Shown here piece by piece: positions 28,301 to 40,300 of a stretch of DNA of 64,000 nucleotides; the stretch's first letter is position 1, and each line of letters begins with the position of its first letter. Below the pieces are notes generated by a model that did not search any database, was not told the origin of the DNA, and was given only the letters and a program-made list of their open reading frames with translations. Source of the stretch: Callorhinchus milii (lineage: Eukaryota); contig NW_024704765.1 in NCBI RefSeq assembly GCF_018977255.1, positions 4,092,001 to 4,156,000 of the forward strand, read 5' to 3'. The position numbers and the translations under genes were made by a program.

Positions 28301-31300
28301 AACTTAAAATATGCTTGATTAGCAAACTAAACTCAACTAAATAACACTTTCAGTTGCCAACAACTGTGTGCATGTCTGTGTGTACAGGTGTATGCATATG
28401 TGTGCAGAATAATAGATTAGTGTAAGTGTATGAAGCTGGTATGTGGCACATTAGGTGTTTAGGATCTTTCAGTGGGTCATTGTGCTTGTGTCACTATTTT
28501 GCTGTGAATGGTCTCAGCTCCCTCTGTCCTCTTCTTGTAAATCACTACTTGTCAGCCTAAGAATGCAAGAAGACAGACTATAGTATTTACAGAATCTGTT
28601 CAGACTTGCTTCAAGTATCAGCTCTGACTTCCTCAACGGATAACAGATATACATTGTTGAATCTTTTGGAAATAGGTTTCAGGTTAAATACAATACAACG
28701 CAAAATTACATTTGTACAATCCAACAACAACAACTTTTATTTATATAGTGCCCTTCAACCGGGGTAGCATCTCTGAGCGCTTAATAAAACACTTGAAATT
28801 GTTAAAATAAGACCTTAGAAATGTGGGCTGATTATCCAAATGTGTAGTTGGAGTAGCTGGTACTGGGAGCCTGTGTTGTATTATTGTGTAAAACATACAG
28901 TATCCTCCAGATGTGTACAGACATCAATGTGATACTTGACCCCTTAGATCAGTGGTGGCCAACCTTTATGGGTGCAAATGTTCGGGGGGCCATTTCTGGC
29001 TCGTGGGCCAAAGTTGGTCATTCCTAGCCACCACAGCCAGTTCTCTCAGCAACTCAGCCAAATAAAACCTGGAGTGAACAGATGGCACTGTCCTTGGTTT
29101 CAATCTTGGAGCGAAATCCTGTACGTTAGTTAACAGTTAATGAGCTTTGGGTTTGAGTATTATTTGCATGTTATATGTGTGTTTAGTGTAGAGGATGTCA
29201 GTTTTTCCCATGTGACGGTGCTGAGACGAATGGACTCTATTCTGCATTCTCACTTTTAGTTCTAACAAACAGCCCAAGGAATCAAATGCTGCTTGTCCAG
29301 TGAGCATGTGACTGCAAAGTGTGGGAGCAGCGAGCCAGTTTGGACCAGCGCTTCACTCTCAGCCTTTGCTTTCAGCAGTGAAGAGCAGCAAAGTCCTTGT
29401 CAAAGGAAAAGAGATTCCAGCAGAGCACAGCGGGTTCCAGATTAAACCACACACAGGATTGTGTTGTTCAGCCCTTGCACTTCAGTCAGAGAGTGGGAGG
29501 GGTGGTAACGAATTCTTGAGTGGGAGAGGAAAAAGCAAACAATGACAGGCTAATTTAGAGTCAGAATGAGCTAAGTTGCCTTCGCTGAGAGTGTGCTGTA
29601 TAGAGAGACGCTCTAATGCCCACACTTAAATTCCTCGCTGGTTAGTTAGTTACTGTAAGGTCAGAGATCTCCCGAGGAGCTTAAACTCTATTACTTATAG
29701 TACAGACTGATCTCTTTAGTGAATAGTTGAACCATCACAATGTGCTCAGAAATATAACGATTAAAAAAAAATTTGAGTGTAAAATGTTGTGCTTTCTGGA
29801 AAGTAGATGAAATACAATATGTGCTTAAATGGTGGGGGCCTAGATTGAATACTCTTTAACTGAGTGAAGAATGTGAACTGCAGGCCTCAGGGCACACGAG
29901 TTCAACTCTTGCTTTATATCCCAGCTGTCAGCAGCTGAGCTACTTGCTTGTAAATAATAATGTTTACATTTGATTCATCAAAAGTCTCAAAGTGCTTCAA
30001 GATAATTGCTGTCAAGAGAGGTGACTGTGTGTCGGCAGACAAATGCAGCAGGCATGAAGTGGATAACTTGTTGGCAAGAACATCTGGAAAAATTCACTTT
30101 TTTCCTCACTCAGTATGAATGCTTGGAGTTTTGTTTGTGCCTTTGTAGATTAGTGGGATTAATGCCCTGTGCATGATGTGGCCTTAAATACTTAAATCTT
30201 TAACACTAGCAATTCCTGGCCTGACTCGATGTACAAGATTGTGGTTCATGCACGGGGTATGTCTCTGCACATACAGCAGCTGGTTGATTGATCTGTTCCC
30301 CAGGTTCTGGGAGCTATTTATTGGAGCTTGCAGTAGTGAGAAGTGATTTCTCATAAAGTGGAGTCCTGTAGCTCAGTGGTTAGAGCACTCGCTTTGCAAG
30401 TGAGAGACCTGAGTTCAATTCCAGGCAGAGGCCGAACCCTTGGGCAAGTTTCCTTACTCCACACAGAGCCTAATAATAATCTCTCCAAAACCAAAAACAA
30501 TAATAAATTGGTCATTTTCAATCTACGACTGTTTGTGGGACATTGCTGTGCGCAATTGGCTGCCGCGTTCGCCCACAAATATACAGTCAATTCACTTTAC
30601 AGTGTGTTCTGTGAAGCGCTTTAGGACGTTCTCCCGACGTGAAAAGCGTTATATCAAATGCAAGGATTATTATTATTATTATTAAAGCTTAAGGGTCGCT
30701 AAGTGTCCAGTGTCAGATGTAGAACAGAGTTCATCATTCAACATCAGAAGCTTTTACTGTAGAAAATCCAGAAAGTGGGAAGTACAGTAGAGAGATTTCC
30801 TTTCTGAAATCTGGAGACTCAAGGATTATGTTTTACACAAATTGTACTAAATTGAAAGTAAGCTTCATTTATTTCTCCTTTGAATTCCTTCTGACTTGTG
30901 TTGCAATAATTTCATTGGGCCTCACCTTGCCATGTCAGATTAGATAAAGTACGAATATATGAGAATGATTTACTATTTTTTAGGTAACCTTGCGCTGAGC
31001 TCTGTGAGCAGTTGGGGAATGCAGTGCTTTGTTGGCCAGGGTATAAGCGTTGTCTTTGATTGCTGGGACCAGCCATTGCCCAGCTCCAAGTCATTTCTAA
31101 AGTGAGTGCAGATCTGTTCAGGTGCAATATCATCACAATGTGTGATGAGTGTGTGCAACTCACTGTGAATTGCACAGTTACAACGGTCAGATGGAACTGG
31201 TATTTTCAAAACCATTTAAACTTGAAGCTGCTGAGTATTTTGATCAATTCCTGAGGACAGATGGCTGATCTGTAATCAGGCACAGTTTTGACTGGAAACA

Positions 31301-34300
31301 CCTGGCAAGAAAGAATTTTTTTGTAGCATTTCATCACGTTGAAGTGTCTTAAAGCACTTTAAAGTAGTTGCTATCAAACACAGTGAATGATTTGTAGGCA
31401 CAGAAAAGCAGGCATTTTACACCTAACACTGTACCACACACCCATGATAGCCAGATGTGAAAGAGCATTAACTCTGGAGAATTGTTGGTCAGAACACCAG
31501 CAGATACTCGCAGTAGTGTCATTGGGTCTTTTCTGTCTTCCTTAAGAGGTGGAGCAGGGAACAGATGTGAAACTGTCTTTGATATACGGAGTCAGAATGT
31601 AACTTGCTGGGTGTGAAGGGGTTAATGCAGTGCAGACCAGGACCTGTTGGTGTTGGAGAGAGGCTGGTAGTGTGTACAACTCACACAGCCATTCAGCAGC
31701 GAGCAAGGTAAGCTCAGTGCCAACCACTCTCAGGGCCAACAGCAGAGCACCATTTGCATGTCTGCCTTTTATTATATCCTTGTGGGATGATGTGCTGCCT
31801 CCAAGCCTGAGGACCAAAAGTTCTGTGACCATTTTCATTGTGGCACAGGTACGAGCTGTGGAAGGTCTGTGGAAATTGGTTCATTGTCTGTAGTATGGGA
31901 CGCTACTCTGTCTCCTCTCAGTAAGTGATTTTTTCTTTCTATCGTAAAGCTGCTGGAGCAGGTCAGAGTCCCAGCAAAGGCAAGGCTTTACTGTACTCTG
32001 AGGGTATTGACTGATGGACTGGCTCGTTCCTCTCAGGCCTGCTTCACGTGCCCCGCCTTGCTCGCCCCACTACTGGCGGGCGGGCCTTCCACCACTCTGC
32101 ACCCACACTCTGGAACGCCATCCCACAGTCCCTCCGTCTCGCCCCCTCCCTCACCACCTTCAAGACCCATCTCAAGGCTCTCCTCTTCAACTGTGCTTTC
32201 GGTCTCCCTGCTTCCCCCTCCCTGCCCTCTACCCTCCCCCACCCCGACCCCCAGCTCGGGTCCATAACTCTGTCTGTCCAGCCCCTTGGGATATCCTCTC
32301 GATGTTAAAGGCGCTGTACAAATGTAATTTTGTTGTTGTTGTCTAAACTATTGATTTTTGCACCATATTGTCTTAGTGCCAGTCTAACCTTGTCACATGC
32401 CCCCTGCAGCCCAGTTACCTTCATGTCAATCCAGCCTTGCTACATGTTCCCCGCTCTTATGTATTCATATATTTGATAATTAATGGCAACACCATTGCAG
32501 TCAAGAGCAGCCCCTCGTGACAAGTGAAGGAAGAGTAGCTTGCAATTGGGGTTTTTTTAAATCGAGGATTTCCTTCTCTCTTGGAGGCTCCAGTGTTCAA
32601 ACAGGGATGTAGAAACTGATTACCATTGAAAATGCAGTCTGCGGGCTCCTTGTGGCCAGGAAGCAGAGGCATTACGACTTGCTGACTTGTTGTTCCCCAC
32701 CTTCAAGCTTCATTCCACGGCTGGTTCCAGGCTGCAGCTCCTAAGGAGGTGGGTCAGAGCAGTCTGGGAGGCTGCAGGCATCTCCACTCCCTTCTGTGCT
32801 GGAACTGCATGTAGCTTGTACAGCACCCCGGAGAGTGGCAAAGCACACCAATATGCATGTTTCAGACATGACTTGTTGACACTGCCATCTCCATCAGAGC
32901 AACACAGGGCCATACAGAACAGAGAGTCACATGCCAGGCTTGCTACTTACTGAGCTACAATAGGCCTCAGGTTTGGGAAAGGAAACCACAGCTGGGACCT
33001 TTGCCTGATAGTGGTTATTCACTGAACCCAGTGGGTGTATAGCAGAAAATCCTGTGTTGAATTATGGCCTAGCAGATTCTTTCCTCCAACTCCCACTGCG
33101 AGGAAATGCTGGACTTCCTCAAGTCCAAAATCGAGGGAATCCACTCAGCTGCCACTGCCCTCCCAACTTCCACCCCCTCCCTTCCCTCCCCCACACTCCA
33201 ACCACTACCCATCTCTCCATCCCTCCTTCTACACCTTTTGAATCTATCATCCCCTCCTCTGTCATCACCACCATATCTTCCATGAAGCTCACCATCTGCT
33301 CTCTGGACCCCATCCCCACCCTTCTCCTTAAATCCCAGCTCCACCTCCTTGCCTCACTACTCGCCAACATCATCAACCTCTCCCTGTCATCTGGCACTGT
33401 TCCTAACCTCCTCAAAACAACCACTGTCACCCCCACCTTGAAGAAACCTTCCCTTGACCCATCACAGCGATCCAGCTACGGTCCCACCTCCCTTTTCTGT
33501 CTAAGGTCCTTGAGAGAGCAGTCGCCTCCCAGGTTTGCTATTTCCTCTCCTCCCACTCCCTCCATGAGCCCCTCCAATCAGGTTTCCATGCTGCCCACAG
33601 CACGGAAACTGCTCTGGTCAAGGTCACAAATGACATCCTGACTACGTGTGACCAGGGCTCCCTCGTCCTCCTCGACCTCTCTGCCTTTGATACTTGGACC
33701 ACTCAGTGTTCCTCCACCGTCTCTCCTCCCACTTCAACCGTCTCTCCTCCCACTTCAACCAAGTTCTGTCCTTGACTAGTTCAGGTCCTACCTTTCACAC
33801 CGCCTTCACTTCGTCTCTGCAAACGTCTTCTCCTCCAGCCCCCGGACTATCTCGTGCAGTGTTCCTCAGGGCTCTGTCCTCGGTCCCCTCCTCTTCACCC
33901 TCTACATGCTCTCCTTTGGTGACATCATCCGCAGACATGGGGTAAATTTCCATATGTATGCGGATGACACCCAACTCTGCTCCACGCTCAACTCCAGGAC
34001 TACTGGAGTCCTGATCGATATCAAGTCCTGGACGAGGGACAACTTTCTCCAACTGAACGTCAGCAAGACTGAGGCCCTCCTGATGGACTCGCGCCAGCAC
34101 CTCCGCACCTTGGGCGCTGGTACCATCAGCCTCCACAGCTGCACACTCAACCTCACTAAGCCAGTCAGGAACCTGGGTGTCTTGTTTGTCTCTGAACTGT
34201 CCTTTCTCCCCCACATCTGTGCCATGACCGGCACTACCTACCACTAGCTCTGCAACATTGCCAGACTCCGCCACTGGCTCACGCCTCAGGCTGCCGAGAC

Positions 34301-37300
34301 CCTCACCCATACATTCGTCACATCAAGGCTCGATTATGGAAAATCCCTCCTCATCAGCCTTCCCAACTCTTCCCTTCGCAAGCTGCAGATCATCCAAAAC
34401 TCTGCAGCTCGTATGCTCTTGTGCACCAGGCTCCGTGACCCCATCAAATCAAATTCAAGAACCTCATCCTCACTTTCAAGGCCATCCATCACCCACCCCC
34501 CCCTCCCCACCTCTCTGACCTGCTGACTCCTTACCAACCTGCCCACTCCCTACCAACTGCCCGCTCCCTCCTTTCAGCAGGCTCCATCCTGCTCCATGTC
34601 TTCCGCCCGATCAGCCCTGCCTTCTGTGGCCGGGCTTTCAACCTATCTGCCCCCACACTCTGGAACTCCATCACAAAGTCCCTTCACCTCGCTTCCTCCC
34701 TTGCCTCCTTCAAGGCTGTTCTCAAGTCCCTCCTCTTTGAACATGCCTTCAGTTGCCCTCCCACCTCTCTGCCTTCCCTCATCCCTACCCCACCCCTCCC
34801 CAATGCTCAGGTCCTGACCCTTGACTGTCCAGCACCTTGGGAAGTCCTCTCGACGTGAAAGGCGCTCTATAAATGTAATTTTGTTGTTGTTATAGCACAT
34901 TCAGGTCACGTTTTGGAAGTTTTAATCTGTGTGTAGATGGGAATGAGGGGAGCTGGGATGGTCAATCGTAATAATAATAATCCTTGCATTTGATATCGCA
35001 TCTTCTATGATGGGAGGATGTCTCAATGTGCTTCACAGGAATTAGTGTGGTGACTATTTTGTAGGCCTACTATGTGTGTGTTGGAAGTGTGGGGGGGAGA
35101 GAAGTGTTGGGATATCAATGCTGTGGGGAAGGGAGATGTTCAGGGTGGATGGCAGTGCTCCAGTCAAGAATAGAAGGGTTTTCGAGTGTAGCTCTGCTGT
35201 GATTTGACTTTGTGGTTTAATTCTTGACTGTGTTCAGACCAGATACTCTGCAGCTCTGAAATTGATGCTGTTCAGGGTGTAGGAGGAAAACAGAATGTAG
35301 TCTTCTGCTCGCATTCCTGATCCTGCAGAGAGACACACGATCAGTAGAAGTGGCAGTGTTGGAGGCGTGTCGAACACGTGAATGACGCTCTCATCTACTA
35401 CAGATGGTCTGTCCTTGCTCAGGATTCTGTTCACATCTTACACCACAGCCGCGATGCCTGCTGGAGTCCGGAGAGGAGAAGCAGCTTGTAAACTGTGTGC
35501 ATAAGTAACCATGGAGGGCAATTCCTACATCAGTGCCCCAGGGAAACATTATTCAAGCGATTAAGCGTGCCTTTCCTCCCAGGGATTATATAGATTGGGA
35601 GCAGGATCTGGATCTATTGGCCAAGCTCTCCAGTTAGGATTGCAGCCTGCACAGGGCTGTAAGGTTGGCGATGGTGGCACCAGGACTATGGCAGTGTTTT
35701 GGAAGGAATCAGCAGAGACAGCAGCTCGCACAGCACCGTGTGGCTCACGCTGGACGGCTCAAGTCTTGCCGCTGGTTCCCGCAGCCGGTGCGCTGCTTTC
35801 CAGAAGCTCAACCCCGGGTCTATCAATGTAGGTACAGTAGTGACTGCGTTTGCTTGTCTGACAGCACATTGCCTTAGCCTCTGCTCTGTAGCTCTGTGCC
35901 GTGCTTACACACGGTGTGCTGGCCAGTGTAAACCATTGAACTGTCGCATGCAGGAACAGGCTTGAGGGGCTGAATGGCCAAACCCTCCTGTTCCTATGTT
36001 CCTTGGCTCTGCGAGTCATTTTAGCCAGTGGTGTAACTATGATGGTGCAGTCGGGCCAGGGTCCAAAAGGTTATGAGGCTCAACTCATTGGAAGCAGAAC
36101 CACTCGTGTTCTCTCTCTCTACATTTCAATATAGCCGCTTCACGCATGCACTTCACTGTAGAGAGGGAGAACATGAAAAGATGGAGAGGGTGAGGGTAAT
36201 TTTAGATTCTTGCAGCAGGGCCCCCGGCCCTTGTTAAACCACTGTTTTAAACGTATGAGTAAGTGAATTGTTTACAGCAAAAAGTTGCTCTTGATAGAGT
36301 TCTGCAATGAACATATAGGGAGACATTTTACCTGGGTCTAGTTTTACTCTATTCATGTAGCATTTTAGAGTATTCAGAATATGGCAAATTCTTAAAGACA
36401 GCCTTCATTTTGAATTTTCTGTGTTTCTCTTAATAATTGCAGAATAACAAAATTAAGACTGAGCTCAACAATTTGCCGAATTCTGAATGCTCTAGACTTT
36501 TAATTTGCCAGACTGTTTTGTCTTCAGATTTAAGATCATGCTTAAATTGTAGAAAATTCTTAAATCAGAAGCAAATTTTCTGAATTTCTTAAAATGAAGC
36601 AACAACGAATTACCTTTGTATACCGTCTTTCACATCGGGAGGATGTCCCAAGATGCTGGACGTCCCTAAGCAATTATGCAATACTGTTCTATTACTGTAC
36701 CTCAGAAAGCATTGAAAGGGTTACAACAACAACTTATATAGCACTGTTCACAGGGTAGGTCTCAGTATTTAATTACGTTAGTGAGAGAGCTATAAAGAGT
36801 AGCCAGTGGTAAGAAACATTCCCATGAGGAAATGAATGAGAAAAGAGCAGTTTCCTCCTGAGAATATCAGTATTTTATCTGGCGATAGTGTGATTTGGGT
36901 TTGTTGATATTATATGTTGGAGTTGGACAGCTTAAAAATGACAGCTCATTTGTATACTTTGATGTGAAAGAATACCTCAGAGCATGTAAGAATAGGAGCG
37001 GTGGACACCACAACAACAACAGATTGCATTTATAGAGCCCCCTTTACCTGGGGTAGCGTCGTTGAGTGCTTGACAGTGGAGGGGTCTGACAACGAGTCAG
37101 CGGGACAAGGAGGGGGGAGGTGACCATAAGCACGATCAAAAAGTAAGGTCTTTAGGTGGGATTTTATGTAGAGGGGCAAGGTGGAGGGATTGAGGGAAAG
37201 AGTTTCAGAGTTTCGGGGCGCAGTGGCTGAAGGCACGGCCATCGATGGTGGAGGGGACGAAGGACAAACAGGAGGTCGGAGCTGGCCAAGTGGAGATAGC

Positions 37301-40300
37301 GGGTGGTGGAGTGGGTCGGATAGGGAGGTGCGAGGGCATGAAGGGATTTGAAATCAAGTGAGAGGATCTTGAAATCAATCCGTTCAGTAATTGGGAGCTA
37401 GTGGCCTACAAAGGACTGGTGTGATGGGGGCACCAAGCCAGAGGCCTAATATTTTACCTGGTCCCAGCATTCAGGCCGATCACTTCAAAGTTTAAAAGCG
37501 CACAGAACTTTAGAAAATTCTTTAAATCAATCAGAATTTGAAAGCTGATTTTTCACAGTTCTTAAAAGGAGCACTGATAAATTGGTGTATATTGCGATAG
37601 TCGGGTTTAAACAGCTGTAATTCACATCATCAAAGGTCCGTACATTTAGTGCGAGGCATTTCTGTAGGCTTCCAGCAGTGTTGATTGCACTCAGCAGAGA
37701 ATATACCTGGGTAAGCAGAGTCTTGACCAGAACAATAATAATAATCCTTGCATTAGATAGCACCTTATCATGTCACTGATAAGTCTCAAATTGCTTCACA
37801 TAATATACAGTTAAGTGAATTGACTGTATTTTGTGGGCGAAACAACAATAATAATAATCATAATCCCTAGATTTGATGTAGTGCCTTATCACGTCTTCAG
37901 GACGCTTTATAGGATATATTGTGACGTGGAGCGACTGTATTTTGTGAGCGAAAAGCGGGAGCCAATTGCACAATGGGCTATGCACTCGATTAGTCACTTT
38001 AAACTGGAGCAGACAGGCACATCCTTTTCTTGTTAACTCTGTGTCAGGATCAGCTCCTGGTCTCTTGCTTCCTCCACTTGAATGTTTGCATTGTTAGTTC
38101 AGGGTCTGGGTAGTTGAACACTGGGTTGAACACTGATGATAACTGGTTATGTAGGTTTTCAGAGAATGATGTGGCATCTCTCCAACAGTCCCACGCATCA
38201 ATGGCCACACCAAGGCAGAGCGGCAGCGAGATCCAGGGGGCTACGAGAGCGCCTCCACGGTGATGAGCAGCGAACTGGACTCTAGCAGCTTCATTGACTC
38301 TGACGATGATGATAACACCAGCAGGTAGGAATGAGTATGTGGGCTGCTATAGCAATGGGGAACAGTGTGATAGGCCGCAGCCTTACTCCCTGTGAACTCC
38401 TGTTTGCGGACAGACTGTCTGGGGTTATCCTGACTGAGACATCAAAAGTCCTTACTGATGCTTTTGGCTACCACTATGGGGCTGTGGTTATAACTACAGT
38501 AGTCTCCTGTGCCTTGCCTGTACTTGACTGAGCTGAGGTAGTGGCAACAATCTTTGTGTTTAAAACTGCACTGAAAGGTTGAAACATTTCAAAGTGCTTC
38601 ACAAGTAATTACTATCAAGTGTAATGACTGTGTATTTGTAGGAAACACGGTAGCCAGTTTGCACACAGAAAACTACTATACACGCTTGCCTGCAATGAGG
38701 TGCACGGAGCTCTCGGATTCTCCCGGATTATGTAGTACACAGATGAGTGCCACACAAGTCATGCTAATCTGTCTATCAGTGCCCAGTAATAAATAACTCA
38801 TTCATTATTACTTGAGAAATCTGTAAACTCCAACTGCTGTCAGAATTTCTTGCGGTGAGTATAGTATTGTCACTGTTCAGTGATGGACCCCATTAGCTAA
38901 CGGCAAAGACCATGAAGGAGGGGGTCCTTCTGACTGTCAGACTGTAAACCACATTAATGAGGGCAATTGTTGCCCTGTTAATCTCAGCATTCCGATCAAG
39001 GTTAAGCTTCTCCAGCCTTGCTCTGGAAGCTTATGACTGCACCTGAATCTCTGTGTGAGATTACTTGCAATCACTTCCAAGTATCTCGTGCTTGCTGGCT
39101 AATCCTGTGTATTTATAGCTGTGTTGTGTTCACCTTTGCTCTCTAACCTCGGGATAAACCTCCTTTCACCTGCCATGTGTTGCTTATTTCAAATGGTGGA
39201 ACAGTTGTGAGATGGAGATCAGGCTACACATGAATTCACATCCATTCTGTACCGGTCCCCAGGTTAAGCAACTCAACAGAGCAGAGTGTCTCATCCCGAC
39301 TCATGAGGAGACACAAGCGGAGGAGGCGGAAGCACAAGATGCAGCAGATGGACAGGGTAAGGAGGAGGGTTTACGGAGGAGGGGAGTTGCGAAAACTCAT
39401 TTTAAAAACTTTTCAGTTTTTGTTCAGTGTCTACTTGCACTGTGCCAATTCCAGTGTCTCCTACATGTCCCCCCATTCCCCCATTGGTGGCCATTCTTTC
39501 AGCCACTACACCTCGAAACTCTGGAACATTCTTCCTCTATCCCTCTGCCTTGCCCCTTCCCTCTCCATTTTAAGGTCATGCCTGAAGACATTCCTCTTTG
39601 ACCGTGTTTACTGTCACCTCCCGCCCCGACTTGGTGTCGTGCTCCACCACTGTCAAGAGCTCTGGGCCAATATAAGTGCAAGTTTTTGTTGTTGTTACCT
39701 GATACTTGCTAATCATCAGTGAGAGTTCATGCTGACACTTGGCTGTGCATTGTCAGTGAGGTTGAGCTGCATGACTGAAACAAATGGCTGTCATAAAAAG
39801 TGTTTTATTTCTGTAACAAAGCTTTTGTCCCCACAGTCCTCATCTTTCAGCAGCATCACTGACTCCACCATGTCCCTCAACATCATCACCGTTACCCTTA
39901 ACATGGGTGAGTGTTTGTCATCCTGTGCCAGGCCTGGGGTTGGCATGAGGGCTGGGGGAACGGGGGCTGGGGGAAACGGGGGCTGGGGGTATAGGGGGCT
40001 GGGGGAAAGGGGGGCTTGAGGAACGAATTACTGGGCTTTCAGAGGCAATGTTTTTTATATATGTCTTGGTCTCAGGAGCAAAATTTAACATCTGCAGAAA
40101 TTTCTAAATTAAGTTTTAATTTTGGAGTCAATTTTTCATGTCCATAAAGAGAACCACCTTCCGAATTATGACAGAATTTAAGAATTTTCCCAAATTATTC
40201 ATGATACAAACTGACAGGCTGACACGCAAGTTTCAGGACCCAGAGATCAGCCTCTCTCTGGAGACCAGCCTGAGAATAAGCAGCTGGTTACAAATCTAAC

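Noticed and set aside
30360-30432. tRNA-Ala-like sequence (also about 21421, 27131, 41970, 45833, 50540)
   Set aside because: Each is the head of a dispersed SINE, mostly continuing into the SINE body, with degenerate stems; not genuine tRNA genes.
33054-34518. Reverse-transcriptase-like ORFs suggesting a novel RT system
   Set aside because: Ordinary 5'-truncated, frameshifted L2 retrotransposon with a typical 3' tail.
35234-35434. Minus-strand ORF with an acceptor-like ctctctgcag inside DVL1 intron 4 (possible nested gene)
   Set aside because: No recognisable homology or partner exons; cannot be supported without transcript data.
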